From: Pelomicrobium sp.
Lineage (GTDB): Bacteria > Pseudomonadota > Gammaproteobacteria > Burkholderiales > UBA6910
DNA length: 64,000 bases
NCBI GenBank assembly: GCA_035466595.1
Contig: DATIUV010000072.1
Coordinates: 5,816 to 69,815, forward strand
Direction: 5' to 3'
Shown: one piece after another, positions 17,596 through 26,553 of the stretch
Numbering within the stretch: position 1 is the first letter of the stretch
How the letters are laid out: every line of letters begins with the position of its first letter
Program-made: the position numbers and the translations under genes
The notes under the pieces: model-generated
What the model was told of the DNA's origin: nothing
Seen by the model: only the letters and a program-made list of their open reading frames with translations
Database searches by the model: none

Positions 17596-18188
17596 TTGGC
17601 GTTCTCCCCGGCCATCTTCGCATGGTCCTGGTGCTGGGCCAGCACCGCCGTTTCCATCTCCTCGACGTCATGCAGCCGCGGCGGCCATTTGCCCTCCCGC
17701 AGGGCGATGAAGCAGCGGATCACCTCCGCCACCCCCTGGATCGCCAGCAGCAGGCCGGCCAGCGGAATCAGCGCCTTCAACTGGAAGATCGGCACGCCCA
17801 CCGGGCTGTTGACGCTGACCTCCTGGATGCGGATCGAATCCCAGGCGTAGCCGCCGCCCGCGATGATGAGCGAGAGCACGCCGGGGAAGAAGAAAATGAT
17901 GTAGAGCGTCAGCTCGACGCCGGCCTGCACGCGGATCGGCCACAGGCGGTAGAACACGTCGCCACGGACATGGGCGTTCCTTGACAGGGCATAGGCGCCG
18001 GACATCAGGAACAGGCCGCCGTAAAGGATGTAGCTCATGTCGAATGCCCAGCTGGTCGGGTCCCGCAGCGCATAGCGCACGAATACCTCGTAGACCGTGC
18101 CGAAAGTCAGGATGAGAATGCACCACGCAAAGGCATGGCCGACCGACTTGGAGAGCTGGTCGATGGCCTGCAACAGTCGATTGAGCAT
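17592..18188 (-). CDS. TRAP transporter small permease (DctQ-like), system 2
   Basis: 198 aa with 4 TM segments. There is a 4-nt overlap with dctM. Confidence 0.85.
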   Translation of the reverse strand: MLNRLLQAIDQLSKSVGHAFAWCILILTFGTVYEVFVRYALRDPTSWAFDMSYILYGGLFLMSGAYALSRNAHVRGDVFYRLWPIRVQAGVELTLYIIFFFPGVLSLIIAGGGYAWDSIRIQEVSVNSPVGVPIFQLKALIPLAGLLLAIQGVAEVIRCFIALREGKWPPRLHDVEEMETAVLAQHQDHAKMAGENAK

Positions 18189-18213
18189 CGCGGCACCCGG
18201 AGTGGGTTCGGAT

Positions 18214-18244
18214 ATGAAACGGGGCGGCGCACGCGCGCCGCCCC
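18214..18244 (-). terminator. Intra-operon GC hairpin (attenuator candidate) between the TRAP-2 binding protein and permease genes
   Basis: Minus strand reads GGGGCGGCGC-gcgt-GCGCCGCCCC followed by GTTTCAT, a weak U tract. Confidence 0.4.
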
Positions 18245-18277
18245 AACGGTTGGACCTAGCTCAAGTCGGCGCGAGCC

Positions 18278-19429
18278 CTAGAACGGCAGCTTGCCGAAAA
18301 TGTGCTCGTAGCCGGTCTTGTAATCCGCGTCGTTGAAGAAATGGTAGTAGGCGACGCGCTTGGCCCAGGCCTTTTGCGAGTCCACCACCTTCTTGAAGAA
18401 CGGATCGGCGTCGGACAGACGCTTGGTGATGACGTCCCAGGCCTTGAGCTGGGCCTCGAACACCGACTTCGGCGTGCGGTGAACCTTGACGCCGTGCTTG
18501 TTGATGAGCTCCTGCAGGTCCTTCGAGTAGTTGTCGAGGCCGGTCCAGAAGTTGGACGACGATGCCGCCTCGGCCGAGTAGCGCAGCACGGCCTGCAGAT
18601 CCTTCGGCAGGGCGTTGTACTTTTTCTTGTTGATCAGGATCTCGAAGAACTCCATCGCCTGGTGATAGGAGCCCATCATGTAGATCTTGCGCACGTCCTG
18701 GGCGCCGAACCGCATGTCCGAGGTCGGGTTGTTGAACTCGAACGCCTCGATGACGCCGCGCTCGAGGGCCGGCACGATCTCGCCGCCGGGCAGCTGCGTC
18801 ACCTTGACGCCCATTTCCTGCATCAGGTCGGCGGCCAGACCCACGGTGCGGTACTTCAGGCCCTTGAGGTCGTCGGCGCTCTTGATTTCCTTCGAGAACC
18901 AGCCGAGCGGCTGGGTCGGCATCGGCATCGCAAAGAAGCCGACGACGTCCAGACCGATCTTGCCCAGCAGCTCGTTGTAGAGCTCGAGCCCGCCACCACG
19001 GTAAATCCAGGCCAGCTGCTGGTGAGCGTCACAGCCGGTGATCGGGCCCGAGCCGAACAGCGACGCCACCTTGCTCTTGCCGTACCAGTACACCGGCACC
19101 GAGTGACCGGCATCGAGCACGCCCTTGGACACCGCGTCGGTCACCTCGAAGGGCTTCACGACCGCGCCGCCCACCAGGTAATCGATCTTCAGGCGGCCCT
19201 CGGACATCTCGTTGACACGCTTGACGTACTCCTCGGCCATCTCGTTGAAGATGTCCTTGGCACCCCAGGCGCCCTGCATCTTGATGACGATCGGCGACTG
19301 CGCGACGGAGATCATCGGGAAGCCGGCGATGGCCGCGCCCGTGGTGGCCGCAGCGGCCCCCTTCAGGAACTTGCGGCGGGAAGTCTTGACCTCGCCCTCG
19401 ACGGCGGGCTTGCGGGTTTCCTCACTCAT
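18278..19429 (-). CDS. TRAP transporter substrate-binding protein (COG4663 type) with Tat signal, system 2
   Basis: Has SRRKFLKGAAAATTGAAIAGFPMISVAQS. The mature part aligns with the protein at 8738..9817. Confidence 0.9.
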   Translation of the reverse strand: MSEETRKPAVEGEVKTSRRKFLKGAAAATTGAAIAGFPMISVAQSPIVIKMQGAWGAKDIFNEMAEEYVKRVNEMSEGRLKIDYLVGGAVVKPFEVTDAVSKGVLDAGHSVPVYWYGKSKVASLFGSGPITGCDAHQQLAWIYRGGGLELYNELLGKIGLDVVGFFAMPMPTQPLGWFSKEIKSADDLKGLKYRTVGLAADLMQEMGVKVTQLPGGEIVPALERGVIEAFEFNNPTSDMRFGAQDVRKIYMMGSYHQAMEFFEILINKKKYNALPKDLQAVLRYSAEAASSSNFWTGLDNYSKDLQELINKHGVKVHRTPKSVFEAQLKAWDVITKRLSDADPFFKKVVDSQKAWAKRVAYYHFFNDADYKTGYEHIFGKLPF

Positions 19430-19502
19430 TGCGTCCTCCAGCTTGTTGTTGAAGAGATCGACAGGTCTTGATTGGATCGCGTTGCGAACCGGGTGTTCTC
19501 GT

Positions 19503-19517
19503 TATTGCAGTGCAATA
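19503..19517. promoter_or_regulatory. Perfect 15-bp palindrome TATTGCAgTGCAATA upstream of the TRAP-2 operon
   Basis: Read directly from the sequence, 74 nt upstream of the start codon at 19429. Confidence 0.4.
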
Positions 19518-19634
19518 CTTTCCCCGAACCGCCGGGAAGCCCGGATACGCCACGGGATGGCCCCTCGCAACACGCGCTAAATATTACCCTTTTCCGCGGC
19601 GGGTTGGCCAGCGCGCAAATCCGGCTGCGGGCCG

Positions 19635-21065
19635 CTAACCCGCCGTGGCGGTTCTCGCCGTCTGCCGCCTGATCAGAAATGCCAGGATTGGCGGCGTCAT
19701 CAATGTCGTCAGCATGACCATGATCACGATCACCGAGAAAACCTCGTCCGAGACGACTCCCAATGTCTTTCCGACTACAGCGAAGATCAGTCCGACCTCG
19801 CCGCGCGGCACCATTCCCCAGCCGACCAGCCATTTGTTGGTCTTGCCGGCCGCCAGCCCGGCCGCCACCTTGCCCGCCACCGCCGCAACCGTGATGGCGA
19901 GCGCAATCAGCACCGCGTGAAGGTTGAACAGCACGTCCATGCGCACGCTCATGCCGGTGACGACGAAAAAGAACGGCACCAGGAAGTGGCCGATCGGGTC
20001 CATCAGGGCCTCGAGGTCGCGTTCCTCGTGGTGGGTGATGACGCGCGCGACCCGGCGTTTCACTTCCGGCGGCACCTCGTGCAGCGCCTCGGAGAGGTCG
20101 CGGCGGAACTCGGGCGGCGAGAAGTCGCGGAAATGCACGGAATCCAGGATGAGGCCGGCGGCGAAAGCGCCGACGATGGGTGCCAGCCCGATCGCCTGCG
20201 CCAGGTACGCGAACACGAGGCAGGTGCCGATCACAAGCGTGAATTTCATGCCGACGCCGGTGTGGATGCGCGAGAAAGCGCGGCTGAACAGCGGCGCCAG
20301 CGGCTGCCCGATCACCAGCGCGCCCACCAGGAAGGCGAATGCTTTCAGAATGATGCCGCCGACGCCGAGGGCGTCCACCGTGCCCGCGGAGACGATGGCC
20401 GAGACCACCGCCAGAATCACGAGGCCGAGGACGTCGTCGATGACCGCGGCGCCGAGCACGATCTGCGCCTCCGGCGTCTGCAGCGTGCCCATGTCCTTGA
20501 ACACCCGTCCGGTGATGCCGACCGAGGTGGCGGTCAGCGTGGCGCCGATGAACAGGTACGCGTTCTGCGAGAGCCCCGGCAGCAGCAGCGGACCAACGAT
20601 GACGGTGCCGAGCAGGAACGGCAGGACGACGCCGATGATGGCCACCAGAAATGCGCGCAGCCCGACCTTGCGCATGGTGGCGACGTTGGACTCCAGCCCG
20701 ATCTGGAACAACAGAATGACGACGCCCAGTTCGGCGAGGAAGCGCACGACCTGGTCCGACTTGATCGGCTCGAACCAGTCGAAGCCCGCCAGGAACAGGT
20801 TGCCGAGGATGATGCCGACGACCAGCTCGCCGAGCACTGCCGGCTGACCGAACTTCTCGACCAGCGCGGCGGCCTTGGCAAAGCCGAGGATCAGGGCGAT
20901 CCACAGGAAAACCTTGGCAGTATGCTCGGCCTCGGCTCCGCCGGCGGCGGCTGCCGTCACCGACCAGAGCGCCGCCGCCGCGACCGCGCATGCCAACGCC
21001 CCGCGCAACCACGCGGGCTTAGAACTCCTCGTCATCCTCTCCTCGCTCTCCCCTGTTCTTGTCAC
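19635..21065 (-). CDS. Cation:proton antiporter (CPA2/Kef-type membrane domain, no KTN domain)
   Basis: 476-aa polytopic protein with the Na_H_exchanger-like stretch GQPAVLGELVVGIILGN. Confidence 0.8.
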   Translation of the reverse strand: MTRTGESEERMTRSSKPAWLRGALACAVAAAALWSVTAAAAGGAEAEHTAKVFLWIALILGFAKAAALVEKFGQPAVLGELVVGIILGNLFLAGFDWFEPIKSDQVVRFLAELGVVILLFQIGLESNVATMRKVGLRAFLVAIIGVVLPFLLGTVIVGPLLLPGLSQNAYLFIGATLTATSVGITGRVFKDMGTLQTPEAQIVLGAAVIDDVLGLVILAVVSAIVSAGTVDALGVGGIILKAFAFLVGALVIGQPLAPLFSRAFSRIHTGVGMKFTLVIGTCLVFAYLAQAIGLAPIVGAFAAGLILDSVHFRDFSPPEFRRDLSEALHEVPPEVKRRVARVITHHEERDLEALMDPIGHFLVPFFFVVTGMSVRMDVLFNLHAVLIALAITVAAVAGKVAAGLAAGKTNKWLVGWGMVPRGEVGLIFAVVGKTLGVVSDEVFSVIVIMVMLTTLMTPPILAFLIRRQTARTATAG

Positions 21066-21097
21066 TGCGCGCCGCGGCTAGCGGCGGCGGCTTCGCC

Positions 21098-21760
21098 TCA
21101 ATCCACCACGATGACGTGCACGCGGTACGGGCCGTGGGCACCAAGCGTCACGGTCTGCTCGATATCCGCCGTTCGCGACGGCCCCGAGACCAGGTTCAAC
21201 GCCCGCGGCGGGCCGCCGCGCTCGGCGCGGACGAGCCCGAGCGCATCCTCGACGGAGTCGACGATCCGCTTCGCCGACACGACGGCGACGTGATTCTCGG
21301 GCACCAGGCTCACCGAGCCCGGCGTGCCGGCGCCGGACAGCAGCGCCAGGGTGCCCGTTTCGGCAATGCCGCAAAACGCGCCCGTGATGCCGACGAGATC
21401 CTCACCGCGCGCCCGGCGCGGCTCGACATTGATGCCGGCGGCGTCCCAACCCCAATCCGCGACTTCCGGCCAGACCACGGCGCTGGCCGGGAGCCCGGCA
21501 TCGCGCAGGTAACGCGCCACCGCTCCGGGAACCTGTTCGAGCGTTCCGACACGCTCGACGGTACATGCCATGGCCTTGGCCCGCTCCATGAATCGCTCGA
21601 GCCGATCCCAATCGGCGGGCGGCCGCGGACCGGTCGCGTGCCCTTCCATGTACGCACGCGCCTCGTCCTGGACCGCTTGCGCTGGCGGGCCGCTGCGGCC
21701 CAGCGCCTGGCGGATGCGTCCGAGAATCTGTTCGCGCGAGCTCATCGGGCTGTCAGGCAA
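21098..21760 (-). CDS. lutC: Lactate utilization protein C (LutC/YkgG, LUD domain)
   Basis: 220 aa. Begins SREQILGRIRQALG and has a C-terminal LUD-like region. It is the last gene of the lut-type operon. Confidence 0.75.
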   Translation of the reverse strand: MPDSPMSSREQILGRIRQALGRSGPPAQAVQDEARAYMEGHATGPRPPADWDRLERFMERAKAMACTVERVGTLEQVPGAVARYLRDAGLPASAVVWPEVADWGWDAAGINVEPRRARGEDLVGITGAFCGIAETGTLALLSGAGTPGSVSLVPENHVAVVSAKRIVDSVEDALGLVRAERGGPPRALNLVSGPSRTADIEQTVTLGAHGPYRVHVIVVD

Positions 21761-22700
21761 CGCGGTTGCGCGGCTCGCCGGCGACGTACGCTTCGATATT
21801 GTCGATCAGCTGGTCGGCCATCACCTGCATCGCTTCGCGGCTTGCCCACGCCACATGTGGCGTGAGAATAAAATTCGGCCGCTCGATCCCGAGCAGCGGA
21901 TTGCCTTCGCGCGGCGGCTCCACCGACAGTACGTCGAAACCGGCCCCGGCGATCCAGCCCTCGTCCAGCGCGCGCACCAGGGCGCGCTCGTCCACCAGCC
22001 CGCCACGCGCGGTGTTGATGAGGACCGCGTCCCGCTTCATGGCGCGCAACTCCTGCTCGCCGATCAGGCCGCGGGTGGCGGGCGTCAGCGGGCAGTGCAG
22101 CGAGATCACGTCGCTTTCGGCAATCACGCGGTCGAACCCCTGATAGCCGGCGCGCGGCTCCTTCACGCCCTTGCGCTCCGCGAACGCCACCCGCATGCCG
22201 AAAGCCTCGCCCAGTCGCGCCACCGCGTCGCCGAGCCCGCCGCGCCCGATGATTCCGAGCCGGCTGCCGTGCAGGTCCCGGATCGGATGACTGAACAGGC
22301 AGAAGAACGGCGCCTCCTGCCAGCGTCCCCGGCGCACGTCGTCGCGGTAGGCCAGCAGATTGCGCCGCAGCGCCAGGATCAGCGTGAAGACGTGCTCCGG
22401 CACGGCGTGCACGCCGTAACCGCGAATGTTGGAGACGACGATGCCGTGGCCGCGGCAGTACTCCAGGTCGACGTTGTCCGTTCCCGTCGCGCACACCGCG
22501 ATCTTGCGCAGCGCCGGCAGCTGCGCGAGTGCCTCCGCGCGCATCGGCACCTTGTTCACCACGGCAATGGTGACCCCCGCCAGACGCGGCAGGATTTCCG
22601 CCGGCGCGGTCAACGGGTAGTCGACCCACTCGTGCGCAAACGCCGGCCGCCGGATGTCGGCCTCGATCGTCGAGCGGTCGAGGAAGACGACGCGGTGCAT
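21753..22700 (-). CDS. D-isomer-specific 2-hydroxyacid dehydrogenase (glycerate dehydrogenase-like)
   Basis: Starts at the internal ATG 22698-22700 (MHRVVFLDRS...). Has GIIGRGGLGDAV and LINTARGGLVD...TPHVAWAS. Confidence 0.85.
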   Translation of the reverse strand: MHRVVFLDRSTIEADIRRPAFAHEWVDYPLTAPAEILPRLAGVTIAVVNKVPMRAEALAQLPALRKIAVCATGTDNVDLEYCRGHGIVVSNIRGYGVHAVPEHVFTLILALRRNLLAYRDDVRRGRWQEAPFFCLFSHPIRDLHGSRLGIIGRGGLGDAVARLGEAFGMRVAFAERKGVKEPRAGYQGFDRVIAESDVISLHCPLTPATRGLIGEQELRAMKRDAVLINTARGGLVDERALVRALDEGWIAGAGFDVLSVEPPREGNPLLGIERPNFILTPHVAWASREAMQVMADQLIDNIEAYVAGEPRNRVA

Positions 22701-22704
22701 CGCG

Positions 22705-24246
22705 TCAGCCCAGCGTCGGCATCGACAGGCTCTTGCCCGGCAGGTCGCTGTCCGCCCAGCGCGTCGTGACGACCTTGGTGCGGGTATAGAAGTGGACGCC
22801 CTCCATGCCGTGCATGTGCAGGTCGCCGAACAGCGACGACTTCCAGCCGCCGAAAGAGAAAAACGCCATCGGCACCGGAATCGGCACGTTGACGCCAACC
22901 ATCCCCACCTCGATCTCGTTCTGGAACCGCCGCGCCGCAGCGCCGGAGCGCGTGAACACCGCCGTGCCGTTGCCGTAGGGATTGCGGTTGACGAGGTCGA
23001 TCGCCTCGTCGAAATCCTTCGTCCGCACGACCACGAGCACCGGGCCGAAAATCTCGTCCTTGTACACGGTCATGTCGGGCGTGACGTGATCGATCAGCGT
23101 CGGACCAAGGAAGAAGCCGTCCTCGTGGCCCTTGACGGTGAGGTCGCGCCCGTCGACCACGAGGGTGGCGCCGGCGGCCTCGCCCTGGTCGACGTAGCCC
23201 TTCACCCGCTCCCGGTGGGCACGGCTGATGAGGGGGCCCATCTCGACGCCCTCGGCGCCACCCGGCCCGACGCTGAGCTTGCGCGCCCGCTCCGCGATCT
23301 TCTCCACCAGCGCGTCGCCGGCCTCGCCCACTGCCACCACCGCGGAGATCGCCATGCAGCGCTCGCCGGCCGAGCCGTAACCGGCGCCGATCAGCGCGTC
23401 GGCCGTGAAGTCGAGGTCCGCGTCCGGCAGCACGACGGCGTGGTTCTTCGCCCCGCCGAGCGCCTGCACCCGCTTGCCGTGCCGCGCACCGGTTTCATAG
23501 ACGTACTGCGCGATAGGCGTCGAGCCGACGAACGACACCGCCTTCACGTCCGGATGGGCGAGCAGCGCGTCGACGGCTTCCTTGTCGCCGTGCACGACGT
23601 TGAGTACCCCCTCGGGCAAGCCGGCCTCGGTGAACAGCTCGGCCATCCGCACCGAGGTCGACGGCACCTTCTCCGACGGCTTCAGCACGAACGTGTTGCC
23701 GCAGGCGATCGCCACCGGGAACATCCACAGCGGCACCATGGCGGGGAAGTTGAACGGCGTGATGCCGACGCAGACGCCGAGCGGCTGCAGCAGCGAATGG
23801 CAATCCACGCCGCGGCCGACGTCCTCGGAATGCTCGCCCTTCAGAAGATGCGGCGCACCGCTCGCGAACTCGATTACCTCGATGCCGCGCTGCACCGATC
23901 CCGCCGCATCCGCGAGCGTCTTGCCGTGCTCTTCGCTCACGAGCCGCGCCAGCTCGTCGCGGTTTGCCTCCATCAGCTCGCGGAACCGCGTGATGATGCG
24001 CGCACGGCGCAGCGGCGTCGTGGCACGCCAGCCGGGGAACGCCGCCCTCGCCGCCGCTACCGCGGCGTCGATGTCCGCCTTGCCGCACAACGGCACGCGG
24101 CGAATTGCCGCGCCGGTCGCCGGATTCGTCACCTCGCCCCAGCGCTTGGTGACCGCCGCAGCCTTCCGGCCGCCGATCCAGAGGGACACCTGCTCGAGAG
24201 AGGCCGCCGCCACGGCGGCGCCTTGGGATTTCGGTACGCTGCTCAT
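22705..24246 (-). CDS. CoA-acylating methylmalonate/malonate-semialdehyde dehydrogenase-like aldehyde dehydrogenase
   Basis: Internal ATG at 24244-24246 (MSSVPKSQG...). Has ITPFNFPAMVPLW, GERCMA and the MmsA-type C-terminus GDLHMHGMEGVHFYT. The ATGA overlaps the lutB stop. Confidence 0.85.
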   Translation of the reverse strand: MSSVPKSQGAAVAAASLEQVSLWIGGRKAAAVTKRWGEVTNPATGAAIRRVPLCGKADIDAAVAAARAAFPGWRATTPLRRARIITRFRELMEANRDELARLVSEEHGKTLADAAGSVQRGIEVIEFASGAPHLLKGEHSEDVGRGVDCHSLLQPLGVCVGITPFNFPAMVPLWMFPVAIACGNTFVLKPSEKVPSTSVRMAELFTEAGLPEGVLNVVHGDKEAVDALLAHPDVKAVSFVGSTPIAQYVYETGARHGKRVQALGGAKNHAVVLPDADLDFTADALIGAGYGSAGERCMAISAVVAVGEAGDALVEKIAERARKLSVGPGGAEGVEMGPLISRAHRERVKGYVDQGEAAGATLVVDGRDLTVKGHEDGFFLGPTLIDHVTPDMTVYKDEIFGPVLVVVRTKDFDEAIDLVNRNPYGNGTAVFTRSGAAARRFQNEIEVGMVGVNVPIPVPMAFFSFGGWKSSLFGDLHMHGMEGVHFYTRTKVVTTRWADSDLPGKSLSMPTLG

Positions 24247-25649
24247 GATCTTCCTCGCTCCGCGTAGAGTTCTCTGAAGGTCTTGCCAGCCGGCGCCGGC
24301 ATGTCGCGGCCGCCGGTCCAGCCCGACGCCAGCGGCAGCCGGTGCACCAGTCCGTCGCCGCGGCCCATCCATTTCAGCACCCGCGCGCCGATGCGCGTCG
24401 CCAGGGCGTACAGCGCGGGCTGCGTCGCCAGCCAGGCCCAGGCGCGCAGGCCCAGGCGCTCGGGCCACGGCCGCAAGCCCCGCTCCACCTGCTTCTCGCG
24501 CAGCTTGCGCATGAGATCCGGCAGCGGGATCTTGACCGGGCAGACCACCCCGCACTGGTTGCACAGGGTCGCCGCGTGGGGCAGATCGAGCGCGTTCTCC
24601 AGCCCCACGTAAGCCGGCGTCAGCACCGAGCCCATGGGACCGGGGTAGACCCAGCCGTAGGCGTGGCCGCCGACGCTCTGGTAGACCGGGCAGTGATTCA
24701 TGCAGGCGCCGCAGCGGATGCAGCGGAGCATCGGCTGCAGTTCGGTGCCCAGCAGCCGGCTGCGCCCGCCGTCGACCAGCACGATGTGGAAGTGCTCGGG
24801 CCCGTCGAGGTCGCCATCACCGCGAACGCCCGTGGTGATCGAGACGTAGTTGGTGATCGACTGGCCGGTGGCGGAGCGCGGCAGCAGGCGCAGCAGCGTC
24901 GCCAGGTCCTCCAGCGTCGGCACCACCTTCTCGATGCCCGTGATGGCGACGTGCACCCGCGGCAGCGTCGTCGTCATGCGGCCATTGCCTTCATTGGTGA
25001 CGATCAGCGTGGAGCCGGTCTCGGCGCAGTAGAAATTGGCCCCCGAGATGCCCATGTCGGCCGACAGGAAGTGCGGCCGCAGCATCTCGCGCGCCTCGCG
25101 CGTGAGCTCGGCGATATCGGTCTTGCGCGCTCGCGCGTGGACCCGCTCGAACAGGTCAGACACCTCGTCCTTGTTCTTGTGCACGACCGGCGCGACGATG
25201 TGCGACGGCGGCTCCTTGGCGAGCTGGAGGATGTATTCGCCCAGGTCGGTTTCCACCACCTCGACGCCGGCCGCCTCGAGCGCGTCGTTGAGCGCGCACT
25301 CCTCCGACACCATCGATTTCGACTTGATCGCCTTGCGAACGCCGTGCTCGCGGGCGATGTCGCAGATGATGCCGGTGGCCTCCTCATACGTTGCCGCCCA
25401 GTGCACCTTGGCGCCGCGCGCCGTGGCGTTGCGCTCGAACTCCTCGAGGTAGAAATCCAGGTTCGCCAGCGTACGGTCACGGATCGCGGCGGCGGCCTCG
25501 CGGATCTCCTCGAAGTTCGGCAGTTCCTGGATGGCGCGGGCGCGGGCGCCGACGAAGTTGGTCTGCAGCTTGGCCAGTGCCTGCTGCAGCGGCGCGTCGC
25601 GCAGCTTCTCGTGGGCGCGGGCCTTGAAGTACATGGAAGTGACCTGCAC
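24243..25649 (-). CDS. lutB: Lactate utilization protein B (LutB/YkgF, 4Fe-4S protein)
   Basis: 468 aa with CIRCGACMNHCP and CNQCGVVCP ferredoxin motifs plus a LUD domain. Confidence 0.85.
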   Translation of the reverse strand: MQVTSMYFKARAHEKLRDAPLQQALAKLQTNFVGARARAIQELPNFEEIREAAAAIRDRTLANLDFYLEEFERNATARGAKVHWAATYEEATGIICDIAREHGVRKAIKSKSMVSEECALNDALEAAGVEVVETDLGEYILQLAKEPPSHIVAPVVHKNKDEVSDLFERVHARARKTDIAELTREAREMLRPHFLSADMGISGANFYCAETGSTLIVTNEGNGRMTTTLPRVHVAITGIEKVVPTLEDLATLLRLLPRSATGQSITNYVSITTGVRGDGDLDGPEHFHIVLVDGGRSRLLGTELQPMLRCIRCGACMNHCPVYQSVGGHAYGWVYPGPMGSVLTPAYVGLENALDLPHAATLCNQCGVVCPVKIPLPDLMRKLREKQVERGLRPWPERLGLRAWAWLATQPALYALATRIGARVLKWMGRGDGLVHRLPLASGWTGGRDMPAPAGKTFRELYAERGRS

Positions 25650-25661
25650 GCGTCCCTCCGC

Positions 25662-26402
25662 TCAGTCCACCGTGTCGCCGTCCATCCCGGCGAGGACCTC
25701 GGCCACGTGCAGCACGCGGGTCTGGCGGTTGCCGCGCCGGCGCAGACGGCCCTCGATGTTGAGCATGCAGCCCAGGTCTCCCAGCACGAGCGCGTCGGCG
25801 CCGGTCGCTTCCACCGCGTCGCACTTGCGATCCGCGATGTGGGTCGAGATCTCGCCGAATTTAACCGAGAAGGTGCCACCGAAGCCGCAGCACTGCTCGG
25901 CGGCATCCATCTCGGCAATCTTGAGGCCATCCATTGTAGCGAGCAGCGCGCGTGGCTGGCGCTTCACGCCCATCTCCCGCAGCCCGGCGCAGGAATCGTG
26001 GTAGGTGATGGTACCGCGGCGACTGCCCGGCACGCGCTCGAGGCCGGCTACGTTGACCAGGAAATCGGTGAGCTCGTAGGTCCTGGCGCAAAGCCGCTCG
26101 ACGTCGGCCGCCCGCTCGGGGAAGTCGCGCAGCAGCTCGGGGTAATGGGTGCGGATCATGCCGCCGCAGGAGCCGGACGGCGCCACGACGTAGTCGCAGT
26201 CGCGAAATTCGTCCAGCAGCTTCAGCGCCAGCCGCTGGGCGCTGCGGCGGTCGCCCGAGTTGTAGCCCGGCTGGCCGCAGCAGGTCTGTCCTTTCGGCAC
26301 CACCACCTCATGGCCGGTCGCCTCCAGCAGGCGCAGCGCGGCGAAGCCGATGCGGGGCCGCATCACATCCACCAGGCAGGTGACGAACAGACCGATGCGC
26401 AC
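25662..26402 (-). CDS. lutA: Lactate utilization protein A (LutA/YkgE, CCG-domain Fe-S oxidoreductase)
   Basis: The GTG at 26400-26402 gives VRIGLFVTCLVD..., the canonical LutA N-terminus. CCG motifs are present (TCCGQPG, EQCCGFGG). No clear SD precedes the start. Confidence 0.8.
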   Translation of the reverse strand: MRIGLFVTCLVDVMRPRIGFAALRLLEATGHEVVVPKGQTCCGQPGYNSGDRRSAQRLALKLLDEFRDCDYVVAPSGSCGGMIRTHYPELLRDFPERAADVERLCARTYELTDFLVNVAGLERVPGSRRGTITYHDSCAGLREMGVKRQPRALLATMDGLKIAEMDAAEQCCGFGGTFSVKFGEISTHIADRKCDAVEATGADALVLGDLGCMLNIEGRLRRRGNRQTRVLHVAEVLAGMDGDTVD

Positions 26403-26487
26403 GGGAAGGTTGATAGACCGAAGACGATGCCGACAGTGGATCGATGATAGCACGCGGTCTGCGGGCCTCCGCCGCGGCTGCGGATGG

Positions 26488-26516
26488 TTGTCCGGAGAAA
26501 TTTCATAATGTAAAAT
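26488..26516 (+). promoter_or_regulatory. Candidate sigma-70 promoter for the iclR-family gene (TTGTCC-17-TAAAAT) enclosing the palindrome GAAATTTC
   Basis: Read from an AT-rich patch in the lutA/iclR divergent region. Confidence 0.35.
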
Positions 26517-26553
26517 TCCGCCCAATTGTTGCAGCGCAAGAGGAAACCCACCT

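Noticed and set aside
16120-17850. 576-aa plus-strand ORF, and similar long ORFs at 19917..21293, 22654..24267, 24342..26447, 29431..31419, 47053..48414, 48445..50181 and 55992..57329
   Set aside because: All are antisense to or out of frame with genes that have strong family signatures (DctM, CPA2, MmsA-like, LutB/A, ABC exporter, UvrA, SecY). They have biased Arg/Asp/His/Gln composition.
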